A DNA stretch of 64,000 bases from Spirochaetia bacterium (GCA_965198005.1 CBDAOI010000004.1:2126763-2190762), one strand, 5' to 3'. Positions 1 through 10,024 are shown, counted from the first letter of the stretch. A program made the numbers and translations. The notes: generated by a model not told the origin, from the letters alone.

Positions 1-467
1 GCGGCACGTTGGGCGAGGAGCTGCTCGACGAAGCGGACCAGCTCCTGACCCGCTTCCCGCAGCGCTACGCCGCGCAACGCGCCCTGTACGTCCGGGCCCA
101 GTACTGGTTCGAGCTCGAGCGCTGGCAGGAGGCGGCGGACGACTGGCTGCGACTGGCTGACACCTGGCCGGCCAGCTATCTGGCGCCGCTCAGCGTGTTC
201 AACGCCGCAGTGGCCGCCGAAGAGGAGAACGAACCGGCCAGATCACGGGCGCGCCTGCACCGGTTGGTAACGGAGTGGGGCGATGACGTGCTGGTGCCCC
301 GCGCGCTGTTCTCCATCGGCCGAATCGAGGAGTCGCTGGCAGACCATACGGCCGCGAAAGCGGCCTACGACCGCCTGACCGATGAGCATCCCGGCAGCGG
401 CTGGGCCACCGCGGCGCGCAACCGCCTCATTGCCCTGCAGGTCGAGGGCCGGCTCACCGCCGAGTAG
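1..467 (+). CDS. TPR-like repeat protein, C-terminal fragment (open at the 5' window edge)
   Basis: The ORF has no upstream stop before the window edge and strong GC3 bias. It contains helical-repeat motifs of the form W..A...Y..L. Confidence 0.45.
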   Translation, partial: GTLGEELLDEADQLLTRFPQRYAAQRALYVRAQYWFELERWQEAADDWLRLADTWPASYLAPLSVFNAAVAAEEENEPARSRARLHRLVTEWGDDVLVPRALFSIGRIEESLADHTAAKAAYDRLTDEHPGSGWATAARNRLIALQVEGRLTAE

Positions 468-485
468 GCGGCGGGCACACCGGCG

Positions 486-1154
486 GTGAGCCCCCCCTGG
501 CGCTGGCTGCCCTGGCTCGCCGCCACCGCGCTGGTGGCTGCCTGCGGCCTGCCGGACGCACGTCCCGTGCTCGCTCTGCCGGTGCGCCCGCTGGCCGAGG
601 ACAATCGCGACCGGTTCACCTTCGCTGTGCCGCCGGACCCGAATCCGGTTGAGTTTCAGGGCTACGTCGTGTTCTACCGCCTGTTCGACGATGAACAGGA
701 GCGACTCAATCTGAGGCCGTCCCAACTGTGCCGGCCCGACTTCTTTCTCCTCGGAAGTGCGGATCACAGACCGGATGACGACGCCCAATGTCCACCCCTG
801 GGTACCGTGCTGCCGCTCATTCCCGAGCCGGCCGCCGCGGTCGAGCGCGTGGTGCTGGACTTCAGCGACCTCGAACAGCCGGTCGCGAGGCTCGAGCCAG
901 GCGCCGGGGAAAACGACGAGATCGCGCTGCGCCGTGACGTCGTCCGCGACGACCGGTTCGCCGCGTTCACCGACTGCGAGTTCGCGGCCGACCCGGATCT
1001 GGCGCTGCTCGACCCAGGCTCCGGCTGTCCGGGCCGCGCTGCCGGAGACCGCGTTCGGATACAACTCTACGTCATGTCCTACGGAGTCACCGAGTCCGGC
1101 GGGCCGCTGTGGAGCGAAGCCGCGCTGTCGCTGGGCAGCATCACGTTGCCCTGA
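486..1154 (+). CDS. putative lipoprotein (hypothetical)
   Basis: GTG start, then a signal peptide with an LVAAC lipobox. GC3 bias is strong. The antisense ORF 243..1226 is judged spurious. Confidence 0.5.
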   Translation: MSPPWRWLPWLAATALVAACGLPDARPVLALPVRPLAEDNRDRFTFAVPPDPNPVEFQGYVVFYRLFDDEQERLNLRPSQLCRPDFFLLGSADHRPDDDAQCPPLGTVLPLIPEPAAAVERVVLDFSDLEQPVARLEPGAGENDEIALRRDVVRDDRFAAFTDCEFAADPDLALLDPGSGCPGRAAGDRVRIQLYVMSYGVTESGGPLWSEAALSLGSITLP

Positions 1155-1157
1155 CCC

Positions 1158-1433
1158 ATGTTCCAGTACGTCGACGTCGGCCTGACCTACATTACCGTCG
1201 GCCTGGCCGCCGCGGTGGTTGCCCACTTCGGCCTGCGGCAGCGGGTGCCGGGCGATTTCTGGGGAGCGTTGATCCTCGGTCTGATCGGCGCCGCGGCGGG
1301 CGGTCTGCTCGACCAGGTTCTGGCCGACCTCATCCGGCGCCTGTCCAACTTCAACTCGGTGAATCTGTTCGCGGCCGGTTTCGTTGCGCTGCTGCTGATC
1401 TGGTTATTCTCCCGGCTCAACGATCCGCGCTGA
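1158..1433 (+). CDS. GlsB/YeaQ/YmgE family stress-response membrane protein
   Basis: 91 aa with two TM segments and the GxxGAxxGG motifs typical of the transglycosylase-associated protein family. Confidence 0.7.
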   Translation: MFQYVDVGLTYITVGLAAAVVAHFGLRQRVPGDFWGALILGLIGAAAGGLLDQVLADLIRRLSNFNSVNLFAAGFVALLLIWLFSRLNDPR

Positions 1434-1458
1434 CCCGGCCCCGGCCCCGTGCGCCGCC

Positions 1459-1926
1459 TCAGCGAGCGCTCGCTCCGGTTGCGCGCACCCAGGCGAGCGC
1501 ATACGAGACGTGCAGGGTAGCCCGAAACAAAGCCGAAAACTGATCGCGCACCACCCCATGTTCGTCGAGCAGGTAGGTCACGCGCCCCGGAACCAGCGGG
1601 GAGACCGCGGTCGTCGCCCCGTACCGCCGCCGCAGCGCTCCGCCCGGGTCGCTCAAGATCGGAAACGGCAGCGCGTGCGCCGCGGCGAACCGCCGATGCG
1701 ATGCCACCGAGTCGCTGCTGATACCCACGACCTGCGCCCCGGCGGCCAGAAAATCGGCGTACGCGTCGCGCAACCCGCACGCCTGCGCCGTACAGCCCGG
1801 CATACCGTCGCGCGGATAAAAGAACAGCACGACTTTCCGGCCGCGAAGACTGCTCAGCCGCAACGGCTCTCCCGTGGCGCCGGGCAGTGTGAAGTCAGGC
1901 GCCTGGTCACCGATCGTTACCTTCAC
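1459..1926 (-). CDS. bcp: thiol peroxidase / peroxiredoxin Bcp
   Basis: DxAPDFTL...G..V.L.FYP.D.TPGCT motif with the peroxidatic Cys in a PGCT context; 155 aa. Confidence 0.85.
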   Translation of the reverse strand: MKVTIGDQAPDFTLPGATGEPLRLSSLRGRKVVLFFYPRDGMPGCTAQACGLRDAYADFLAAGAQVVGISSDSVASHRRFAAAHALPFPILSDPGGALRRRYGATTAVSPLVPGRVTYLLDEHGVVRDQFSALFRATLHVSYALAWVRATGASAR

Positions 1927-2071
1927 GACAGGCTCATCCTAACGCAGGGAACGCGCCCGTTCCACCCGCCATCCGACTTCCGATAATGTATATTCTGTCT
2001 ACTCGCGGACGCGCCCCCCGAATGAAGGGGAAGCTGGCCGCAGCCGCGCACGAGTGGTACTCTTTTCGACC

Positions 2072-3004
2072 ATGAACCGAATTGAACGCATGCGAACCAT
2101 GCTCCGGGGCCAACGGCCCGACCGGGTACCCGCCGGGTTCTGGCTGCATTTTCCGGCGGAGCAGGCCGCCGGCGCGGCCATGGCGCAGGCGCACGTCGAC
2201 TACTACCGGGCGACCGGCACCGATCTGCTCAAGGTGATGAACGACAATTACTACCAACCGGCCGGGATCGACCGGGTCAGCTCGCCCTCCGACTGGCGCA
2301 AGCTGGAGCCGGCGCCGCTGTCGGCGCGGCCGTTTCAGGCCCAGCTCGAGGGGTTGCGGATCCTGGTGGATCAGCTCGGTGACGAGGTGCTGATGGCGAC
2401 CACGATTTTCAACCCGTACGCCACCGGCAATCACGTCAGTGACCGGAGCGTAACCGAACACCTGCGCGTCGACCCCGAGGCGGTGTCGTTCGGGCTGGCG
2501 ACGATCGCGGCCAGCCTGGCCGAGTTTGCGCGCGCCTGCATCGCTGCCGGGGTCGCTGGCATCTACTTCTCCGCGCAGGGCGGCGACGGCGATCGTTTCA
2601 CCCCGGAACAGCGGGCCAAGTACCTCAGGCCGCACGACCTGGTGGTGCTGGAGGCCGCCACCGCGGCCGGTGCCACCTGCAACGTGCTGCATATCTGCGG
2701 CCGGGGCTTGCGACTCGACGAGTATCGGGAGTACCCGGGACACGTGGTCAACTGGGCTCCGCAGAACGACAATCCCAGTCTGGGTGCGGGCCGCGAGCTG
2801 TTCCAGCGGCCCATCATCGGCGGGGTCGACGAGCGCGGCGCCATCGTCAACGGCCCGCGCGCGGCGCTCACGGATGAGGTGCAGGCGGCGATCACGGACA
2901 TGGGCGGCGCCGGCTTCATGGTCGGAGGCGGCTGCACGGTGCCCAGCGATACCCCCCTGGAGCATCTCGTGTGGGCCCGGGAGGCGGCCGCGGACGCTTC
3001 CTGA
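2072..3004 (+). CDS. uroporphyrinogen decarboxylase (URO-D) family protein
   Basis: The N-terminus reads ERM..ML.G...DRVP..FW, as in the URO-D/MtaA-like family. Length is about 310 aa. Start chosen at the ATG at 2072 rather than the ORF's first ATG at 2054. Confidence 0.7.
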   Translation: MNRIERMRTMLRGQRPDRVPAGFWLHFPAEQAAGAAMAQAHVDYYRATGTDLLKVMNDNYYQPAGIDRVSSPSDWRKLEPAPLSARPFQAQLEGLRILVDQLGDEVLMATTIFNPYATGNHVSDRSVTEHLRVDPEAVSFGLATIAASLAEFARACIAAGVAGIYFSAQGGDGDRFTPEQRAKYLRPHDLVVLEAATAAGATCNVLHICGRGLRLDEYREYPGHVVNWAPQNDNPSLGAGRELFQRPIIGGVDERGAIVNGPRAALTDEVQAAITDMGGAGFMVGGGCTVPSDTPLEHLVWAREAAADAS

Positions 3005-3016
3005 AGAGGCCCCCCG

Positions 3017-4030
3017 CTACGGGTACCTGGCGCGGAACTCCCCTACCCGGGCGCGGGCGTTCACGTCCAGAGCGCTGCGCTCGCCCCGCTTGAGCAGTTG
3101 GTATCCGAAGCCCGCGATCATCGCGGCGTTGTCCGTGCACAGCGGCAGACTGGGAAATACGCAGCGCACCGCCTCCTCCTGCTGCAGGCGCTGCCGCAGG
3201 TAGGTGTTGGCGGCCACGCCGCCGGCGGCCACGATGCAGTCCAGGCCGGTCGACCGGCAGGCCAGCAGCGCCTTGTCGACCACGATGTCGATCGCGGTCT
3301 GTTGGAAGGCCGCGGCGATGTTGGCGCGCGTCTCCGCGTAGGCGCGATCGCGGAACTGTTCGCGCTGATGAATCACCGCCGTCTTCAAGCCCGAGTACGA
3401 GACGTCGAACCGATGGTTTCCCTTGTGCAGCGACGGCCGCGGAAACCGATAGGCGGCCGCGCTGCCCTGGGCGGCGAGTCGTTGAATTGCCACGCCGCCC
3501 GGATAGCCGATGGCGAAGTGCTTGGCGACCTTGTCGAACGCCTCCCCGCAGGCGTCGTCGATGGTCGCTCCCATGACCTCGATCCGATCGCAATCATCGA
3601 CCCGCGCGATCAAGGTGTGCCCGCCGGACAACAGCAGCGCGACGTACGGGTACCGCAGCTCGGTCTCCAGGTGCGGAGCGTAGATGTGCGCGAGGACGTG
3701 ATCGACCGCGATCATCGGCAGCTCGCAGGCCAGTGCCAGTCCCTTCGCATAGCTCAGCCCCACCAGCAGAGAGCCGATCAGGCCGGGTCGGGCGGTTACG
3801 GCGATAGCGTCAATGTTGCCGAGTGAGCACTCGGCTTCCTGCAGAGCCCGCGCCACCACCCGATCGATCCATTCGATATGCTTGCGGCTGGCGATTTCCG
3901 GCACCACGCCGGAATAACGCCGGTGCTCCTCGGTCTGCGAGTAGACGACGTTGCTGAGAATCTCGAGGCCGTTGCGCACTACCGCGGCGGCACACTCGTC
4001 ACACGATGTTTCGATGCCTAGAACGGTCAC
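3017..4030 (-). CDS. tsaD: tRNA N6-adenosine threonylcarbamoyltransferase TsaD
   Basis: MTVLGIETSCDE at the start, plus a GGHT metal-binding motif and AGGVAAN in the Kae1/YgjD fold. Confidence 0.92.
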   Translation of the reverse strand: MTVLGIETSCDECAAAVVRNGLEILSNVVYSQTEEHRRYSGVVPEIASRKHIEWIDRVVARALQEAECSLGNIDAIAVTARPGLIGSLLVGLSYAKGLALACELPMIAVDHVLAHIYAPHLETELRYPYVALLLSGGHTLIARVDDCDRIEVMGATIDDACGEAFDKVAKHFAIGYPGGVAIQRLAAQGSAAAYRFPRPSLHKGNHRFDVSYSGLKTAVIHQREQFRDRAYAETRANIAAAFQQTAIDIVVDKALLACRSTGLDCIVAAGGVAANTYLRQRLQQEEAVRCVFPSLPLCTDNAAMIAGFGYQLLKRGERSALDVNARARVGEFRARYP

Positions 4031-4049
4031 GAGAACTCGGAGGTCGCGA

Positions 4050-5066
4050 TCAGTAGGTGTCCACGGCCGCGGTTTCCACCGAAGGAACCATCAGCTCCGT
4101 TACGGACACCAACTCGTACCCCTTATTCTGCAGCGCGGGATAGATCTCGGCAAGCGCTTCCACCACCGCCGGTACCGAGGAGTGGCCGATCAACACCGCA
4201 TGCCCCTGCTCGCGCGCAACCTCAAGGCCGTAGCGCAGTGCCGCCCGGATTGCCGCCGGATCACGGTCGTGATCCAGGAACACGTCGCGCTGCATGAACG
4301 GGACCTCGTACTTGGCGGCATAGTCGGACGCCACGCTGCCGGCCGTGGTGCGGCTGTCGACGAAGAACATGCCCTTTTCCGCCAGATACGCCATCACGAT
4401 GTCCATGGTGCGGGCGTCCGCCGTAACTGCCGAACCCATGTGATTGTTGGCGCCCGCGGCGCCCGGCGTCGAGGCGAAGTTGCGGTCCAGAATGCGGCGG
4501 ATCTCGGCCTTCGACAACTCGGTGGAGATGGTTCCGGGGCCGGGATAGAGGCCGCTGTCGGCGGCCATCGGCAGGTGCAGAATCACGTCGTGACCGTGGG
4601 CGCGCGCCAGCTCCACGGCCCGCGCCGAATGCGGCAGTTGCGGCAATACCGCGAACGTCAACTTGCCGGGGAATTCGAGGAACGGTCGGAGTTCCTGCAG
4701 GTTGTTGCCGGCGTCGTCGATCAACAACACCAGACGGGCGCTCCCCGTGGCGGCCGGAATCGGTGCGCGGGCGGCAGCATGGGTCTCGGTGTCGCGGCGG
4801 CGACCGGCGCCGGCCGCCGCCGCGGCGTCCCGCCGCGCCCGCCGTTCCGCCTCCACGGCGACCAGCATGGACAGCATCTGGTCGAATGGGTCCATCCCCG
4901 CGGCAGCCCCCGACCCCCCGATGGTGACCTGGGGCGGACGCCACACCAGGAGGATCACCAGCGCCCCCGTCAGGACCCCGATTACCGCAACCAGGCTCAG
5001 GACTTTGCCGACGTGAGCCCGTACCTGCTTGCCGATGGACCGCATCAATCGCTTGGGAACGCGCAA
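4050..5066 (-). CDS. divergent polysaccharide deacetylase family protein (YibQ-like)
   Basis: An N-terminal TM anchor followed by LLIDDAGN....HLPME and NNHMGS motifs typical of the YibQ / divergent polysaccharide deacetylase family. Confidence 0.75.
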   Translation of the reverse strand: MRVPKRLMRSIGKQVRAHVGKVLSLVAVIGVLTGALVILLVWRPPQVTIGGSGAAAGMDPFDQMLSMLVAVEAERRARRDAAAAAGAGRRRDTETHAAARAPIPAATGSARLVLLIDDAGNNLQELRPFLEFPGKLTFAVLPQLPHSARAVELARAHGHDVILHLPMAADSGLYPGPGTISTELSKAEIRRILDRNFASTPGAAGANNHMGSAVTADARTMDIVMAYLAEKGMFFVDSRTTAGSVASDYAAKYEVPFMQRDVFLDHDRDPAAIRAALRYGLEVAREQGHAVLIGHSSVPAVVEALAEIYPALQNKGYELVSVTELMVPSVETAAVDTY

Positions 5067-5182
5067 CTCTCTCCCCCACCCCGATTGTCGGTTACGCCGC
5101 CGGACGGCTCAACCCCCGTGGCCGCCGGCGCCGGCCGCCGCCCGCTTTGACCGGAGCCGGGCACCTCCGGCACAGTAGGTCC

Positions 5183-5929
5183 ATGTGCGGCCGGTACGCG
5201 TTGTATGCCGAACCCGAGGAGTTGATCGAAGCGCTTGGCATCGCGCGGGACGCCGCTACGCCGCACCTGCAGCCGCGCTACAATATAGCGCCGACCCAGG
5301 ACGTGCCGGTGGTCCTTTTCGAGCGTGGAATGCGCCGGTTGCGCGTGGTGCGCTGGGGGCTGGTGCCGGCGCAGTGGTCGGCTCCCGACGAGCGCCGCCC
5401 TCCATTGATCAATGCCCGCGCCGAGACCATCGCCGCACGGCCGGTATTCCGATCGGCGTTTGCCCGTACGCGCTGCATCGTTCCGGCCAGCGGCTACTTC
5501 GAGTGGTGCACCGAAGGACGCGTGCGGCAGCCCTACTACTTCACGCTGCGCTCCGGGGCTCCGCTGGCACTCGCGGGCGTCTACGACCTGTGGCAGAGGG
5601 GTGACCTGCCGCCGGTCGTCAGTTGCGCAATCGTTACCGTGCCGCCCAATCCGTTGAATGCGCGGCTGCACGACCGCATGCCCGCGGTGCTCGGCGCCTG
5701 CGATCCTGGCGATGCCATTCGACTGTGGCTCGACCCCGCTACGCCGCGCGCTCGGTTGGCGGACCTGCTGCGGCCGTTCGCCGGCGCAGCGATGGTCATG
5801 CACTCGGTCACGCCGCGCATGAACCACTACGCCTACGACGAGCCAGGCGCCGTGGCACCGCTCTCCCCCACCCCGCGGGCGCACGCCGCAACCGACGCCC
5901 CTCAAACCGAGTTCAAGTTTTCCGGATGA
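5183..5929 (+). CDS. SOS response-associated peptidase (SRAP/YedK/HMCES family)
   Basis: Starts MCGRY with the catalytic Cys2. Also carries YNIAPTQ and P....NAR.ET motifs. Length 248 aa. Confidence 0.85.
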   Translation: MCGRYALYAEPEELIEALGIARDAATPHLQPRYNIAPTQDVPVVLFERGMRRLRVVRWGLVPAQWSAPDERRPPLINARAETIAARPVFRSAFARTRCIVPASGYFEWCTEGRVRQPYYFTLRSGAPLALAGVYDLWQRGDLPPVVSCAIVTVPPNPLNARLHDRMPAVLGACDPGDAIRLWLDPATPRARLADLLRPFAGAAMVMHSVTPRMNHYAYDEPGAVAPLSPTPRAHAATDAPQTEFKFSG

Positions 5930-6021
5930 GACCGATGAGACCGATGAGATTGCGCGCGCAACAACCGCCAGTGCATGGTAGGGTGGCAAACGTGGACCTC
6001 CGAACTCCGGCCTTTACCGCG

Positions 6022-7437
6022 ATGTTCCGGGAGTACGACCTGCGCGGCCGCGTGTCCGACGCGGAGCTCAACCCCGATTCGGTGCGCGCCATCGCCAATG
6101 CATTCGGCCGACTGCTCGAACGCCGCGGCATCGACTCGGCGGTCGTGGGCCACGACCTCCGCCCGGCGTCGCCGGCCTTCAAGGACGCGGCGGTCGCCGG
6201 GTTGCGGGCGGCGGGCCGCCACGTGGTGGACGTCGGACTGACCATCAGTCCGGCCCTCTACTTCAGCCAGCACCATCTGCAGGTGCCCGGCGGCCTGATG
6301 GTCACCGCCAGTCACAATCCCAGCGAGTGGAGCGGGATGAAGCTCGCGCACGGCTATTCCCGGACCCTGGGCCCGGCCGAGATGCGGGAACTGCACGCGC
6401 TGGTACGCGCCGGAGAGCAGAGTGCCGGGGCCGGCCGGTATACCGTGACCGACACCCGTGCCCCCTACCTCGAGCGGGTCGCCGCCGGGACCCGGCTCGA
6501 GCGTCCCCTGCGGGTTGCCGTGGACTGCGGCAACGGCGGCGCCGGCGTGTTCGCGTACGAACTCCTGCAGCGCCTCGGCTGTCTGACCTTTCAACTCCAT
6601 TGCGACCCCGATGACAGCTATCCGCACTACTTTCCCAATCCGTCCGATCTGAAGGCGCGCCGGCGGCTCAGGCAGATCGTGACCCATCCCTACATCCGGG
6701 CCGACGTCGGGCTGGCGTTCGACGGCGACGGTGATCGCATCGGGGTGATCGACGAAGCCGGCGCCGACGTCTGGAGTGACCGGGTCCTTATTCTGCTGGC
6801 ACGCCGGCTGCTGGACGCGCAACCGGGCGCGGCCATCGTCTACGACGTCAAGTGTACGCGCGGCCTGGAGGAAGAGATCCGCGGTCGCGGCGGCACGCCG
6901 GTGATGTGCAAGACGGGACACTCGCACGTCAAGGCGAAGCTGCAGGAGATCGGCGCCGCGCTCGCCGGGGAGCGGAGCGGCCACATTTTTTTCCGCGCCG
7001 GCTACTACGGCTTCGACGACGCGCTGTACGCCGGCGTCCGCCTGCTGGAGGTGCTGGCGGCATCCGCGGGCTCCCTGTCGGAACTGGTGGCCACCACCCC
7101 CCGGTACGTGACGTCGCCCGAGATCGCCGCGCCCTGCCCGGACGACCGGAAGTACGGCGTGGTCGATGCGCTGGTGGCCGAATTCAAGCGCGAGTTCGGC
7201 GCCGCCGTGAACGACGTCAACGGCGCGCGCGTGGAGTTCGGCGACGGTTGGGGCCTGGTGCGCGCCTCCTCCAACCTGCCGGAGCTGGTGCTGATCTTCG
7301 AGGCCGGGAGTGAAGCGCGCGTGCGTGAAATCCACGCGCTGTTCCGCGCCCGCCTGGCCGCCTACCCCGAGATCGACCCGCACTGGCGCAATGATCCCTA
7401 CGTCGACGATCGGTCCATCGGCCGCGGCCGGCGCTGA
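6022..7437 (+). CDS. phosphomannomutase/phosphoglucomutase (alpha-D-phosphohexomutase)
   Basis: Active-site TASHNP, a metal-binding D.DGDR loop and a GE.SGH sugar-binding loop. Start placed at MFREYDLRG. In-frame alternative ATGs lie at 5926-5944 inside a tandem GAGACCGAT repeat that overlaps the SRAP stop. Confidence 0.85.
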   Translation: MFREYDLRGRVSDAELNPDSVRAIANAFGRLLERRGIDSAVVGHDLRPASPAFKDAAVAGLRAAGRHVVDVGLTISPALYFSQHHLQVPGGLMVTASHNPSEWSGMKLAHGYSRTLGPAEMRELHALVRAGEQSAGAGRYTVTDTRAPYLERVAAGTRLERPLRVAVDCGNGGAGVFAYELLQRLGCLTFQLHCDPDDSYPHYFPNPSDLKARRRLRQIVTHPYIRADVGLAFDGDGDRIGVIDEAGADVWSDRVLILLARRLLDAQPGAAIVYDVKCTRGLEEEIRGRGGTPVMCKTGHSHVKAKLQEIGAALAGERSGHIFFRAGYYGFDDALYAGVRLLEVLAASAGSLSELVATTPRYVTSPEIAAPCPDDRKYGVVDALVAEFKREFGAAVNDVNGARVEFGDGWGLVRASSNLPELVLIFEAGSEARVREIHALFRARLAAYPEIDPHWRNDPYVDDRSIGRGRR

Positions 7438-7462
7438 CCGCCCCTGGTGATGTCTCCGGTCA

Positions 7463-7535
7463 AGCCAGAAAGGGGATTCGAACCCCTGACCTGTTCATTA
7501 CGAGTGAACCGCTCTGCCAACTGAGCTATTCTGGC
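7463..7535 (-). tRNA. tRNA-Thr (anticodon CGU)
   Basis: Cloverleaf folded by hand: 7-bp acceptor stem GCCAGAA/UUCUGGC, D-arm GCUC-AGUUGGCA-GAGC, anticodon loop CUCGUAA, T-arm AGGGG-UUCGAAU-CCCCU. CCA is not encoded. Confidence 0.85.
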
Positions 7536-7590
7536 ACGTCCCCATTCTGCCGCGTTTGCGGCTGACAATCAATACCCCGCCGCGGCGGCG

Positions 7591-8265
7591 TCAGTCTTCG
7601 CTGGCCGGCGCGGCCAATCCATCCAGCAGCAACCCGGTGAACGCGTCCGCGAGTCGGTCGCCGGCAGCCAGCAGCGCCTGCATCTGGGTATCTCCCATCT
7701 GGGCGAGCAGGTCGATCCCGAGACTGATGGCGTACACCAGGCGGGCCACCACCGGCAGGTCCACCGGGCGGACCACCCCGGCCTCGACTCCGGCCTGCAG
7801 ACCGCGTTCCGCCTTGGCGACCCCCGGACGGATCAGGTGGCCATATACGTACTCCGTCAGCTCGGCGTCCGCCAGCACCGCGGACAGCAGCGCGGTCAAG
7901 GTTTGCCGCTGTGGCCGCCCGGTGCGGACCCGGGCACTGATCACGTGCCGATAGCGGCTGCGCAGGTCTTCGCCCGCGGCGCCCGGCGGCGCACCGGCAG
8001 CGCGAATCTCTTCGATCACCCGCTGCAGAACGCCCAGAAACAGATCGCGCTTGCTGTCGAAATGATGGTACAGCGCCCCTTCCGACAGTTTCGCGGCGGC
8101 CGCGATCGTCTTGGTCGTGGCCTGCTCGTAGCCGCGCTCGGTAAATACCCGCGTGGCTGCCCGAATGATGTGCTCGCGCCGACCTCTCCCGGCGCGCCGA
8201 CTTTCCGGTTTCGGTTCGGGCGCGGCCTGACGGCCCGTCTCCGATGGCTCTCGCTGCAACGCCAT
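7591..8265 (-). CDS. TetR/AcrR family transcriptional regulator
   Basis: N-terminal HTH with the signature I..AA..VF.ERGY..TT...IA.AA..S.GALYHHF. Start chosen at MALQREP (8265); the longer ORF start at 8403 is considered an over-extension. Confidence 0.8.
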   Translation of the reverse strand: MALQREPSETGRQAAPEPKPESRRAGRGRREHIIRAATRVFTERGYEQATTKTIAAAAKLSEGALYHHFDSKRDLFLGVLQRVIEEIRAAGAPPGAAGEDLRSRYRHVISARVRTGRPQRQTLTALLSAVLADAELTEYVYGHLIRPGVAKAERGLQAGVEAGVVRPVDLPVVARLVYAISLGIDLLAQMGDTQMQALLAAGDRLADAFTGLLLDGLAAPASED

Positions 8266-8392
8266 GTCAGTCTCCCCTCCCCAAGGTAGTGAGTGCTTGC
8301 TCCTAGCGCTAATGTACTGAGTAGTCCGCGTGCGCGTCCACCGGTGTGCGCCGGATGCGCCGCAGCCGCCGTAGCGGTACACTGCCAGCATC

Positions 8393-9952
8393 ATGCTGCC
8401 CAACCCGTCGTGGATCGGGTCCGCACTGAGCGATCTGCTGGTCGGAGATCCTGACCGCCACCGGCGTCCGGACTATCGGCAGGCGTTTTTCCTGGCACTG
8501 GCCAAGGTGCTTGGCGCAGCGGCCTGGGTCGACGCGCCGATCAATCAGAATGAAGTGAACGTGATCAAGACGCTGCTGCACGACCTTTCTCCACGCCTGA
8601 CGGCCCGCGAGCTGCAGCGGGTCGCGCGGTACCTCGAGGAGTCGGTCCCCGATGAACACTTTCGGGAGCTGGTGTCTCAGCTCGGCCGGTTCACGCGGCG
8701 CCGGGCGCGCCTGCGGTTTGCCGTGACCCGGCTGCTGGCGCTGCTGGCCGCGGACGGCACGCCGAACCAGCCGGAGCAGGAACTGTTCGAGCGGACCTGC
8801 GCGATTCTGGGCTGGAGTGGTGGTGATGGTGGTGGCGATGAGGAGCCGCCGGCGGCGAGCGCCCCGGGCCGCTCGCACCGGGTGCGGACGGGACTGCAGT
8901 TGGGCCGTCTCACCGGGCAGCCGGACGATGCTGCGCCACGGAGCCTGCTCGACCGGGTACGCACGGCCACCTGGGAGCGGCTGCAGGCGGGCGGCGGACA
9001 CGAGACTCCACCTGACAAACTGTACGTCCTGGCGGCGACGGTGGCGTTTCTGCGCGGCGCCCGCGTCGGGAACGTCGGCGAAGACGCGGAGCTGGTTGGC
9101 TTTACCGCAGCGGTGTCGGCGGTGCCCGACGACGTGGCGGAAGCAGCCCTTGCTGCGGCCCGGCAGTTCCCGGCGGCACCGGCCGAGCTGCCGGCGTTGG
9201 CCGCGGAGCTGCAGCGGCGCACGGATGCCACCGAGCTTGGTTCACTGGCGCAACTGTTGAACGCCATGGCCGACGGCGAGGCGGCACTGCGCCGGCTGCG
9301 TCAACTTGCCAGCCCCGCTGACCGCATGGCGGCCACCATTGACCACCTGGTGTACGGCGTGCCCGAACTGGAGGCCGGCGTCGCGTTGCTGCGCGAACAA
9401 TTCGGAGTGTCCGCCGTCTACGGGGGCCGGCATGAAGGACGCGGCACGCACAACGCGCTGCTCGGATTGGGCGGCGATGCATATTTGGAGGTGATCGCGC
9501 CGGACCCTTCCCAGCCGTCGAACCCGGGGGGCCGGAGGTTTCTCCTGGAAGACCTGGATCGGCCGCGTCTGATCACGTTCGCCGTCAGAGTTCGCGGCCT
9601 CGAGCAGCGGCGCGCACGCGCTGTCAGCCGCGGCTACGATCCGGGACCGGTGACTGCCATGAGTCGGCGGCGGCCGGACGGCGCGCTGTTGCGCTGGCAA
9701 CTGTGCCGCGCCCCGGAACCGCCGTTTGGAGGGGTCGTGCCGTTTCTGATCGATTGGGGAGCCACGCCCAGTCCCGCACACTCTGCGCCGGCCGGCTGCC
9801 GCCTGGACCGACTGCAGGTCGCTCATCCCGATCCGGACCGGGTCCGTCAGGTGCTGCACGCCATCGACGTAACGATTCCGGCTGAGCGCGGCCCGGCGCC
9901 CGCGCTGCATGCCGAGTTGCAAACCCCAAGAGGACGTGTCATGCTCCGTTAG
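8393..9952 (+). CDS. fusion protein: TerB-like N-terminal domain + C-terminal glyoxalase-like (VOC) domain
   Basis: Residues about 30-150 resemble a tellurite-resistance TerB / DjlA N-terminal domain. Residues about 300-440 carry GGRHEGRGTHNALLGLGGDAYLEVIAPDP, which matches the glyoxalase-like domain family. An Ala/Pro/Asp-rich linker sits between them. Confidence 0.55.
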   Translation: MLPNPSWIGSALSDLLVGDPDRHRRPDYRQAFFLALAKVLGAAAWVDAPINQNEVNVIKTLLHDLSPRLTARELQRVARYLEESVPDEHFRELVSQLGRFTRRRARLRFAVTRLLALLAADGTPNQPEQELFERTCAILGWSGGDGGGDEEPPAASAPGRSHRVRTGLQLGRLTGQPDDAAPRSLLDRVRTATWERLQAGGGHETPPDKLYVLAATVAFLRGARVGNVGEDAELVGFTAAVSAVPDDVAEAALAAARQFPAAPAELPALAAELQRRTDATELGSLAQLLNAMADGEAALRRLRQLASPADRMAATIDHLVYGVPELEAGVALLREQFGVSAVYGGRHEGRGTHNALLGLGGDAYLEVIAPDPSQPSNPGGRRFLLEDLDRPRLITFAVRVRGLEQRRARAVSRGYDPGPVTAMSRRRPDGALLRWQLCRAPEPPFGGVVPFLIDWGATPSPAHSAPAGCRLDRLQVAHPDPDRVRQVLHAIDVTIPAERGPAPALHAELQTPRGRVMLR

Positions 9953-10024
9953 GTAAGCGCCGGAACCGATAAAGACTGCCGTGAAAATTTTGCTGTTGCT
10001 ATACAAACTGTCCTGTGTTAACCT

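Noticed and set aside
243-1226. 327-aa ORF on the minus strand
   Set aside because: It is antisense to a plus-strand ORF (486..1154) that has a signal peptide and strong GC3 bias. Its Arg/Gly/Ala-rich composition is typical of spurious ORFs in high-GC DNA.
5623-6021. N-terminal 133-codon extension of the phosphomannomutase ORF
   Set aside because: The extension overlaps the SRAP gene in another frame and is Arg-rich junk. The conserved PMM N-terminus begins at MFREYDLRG (6022).
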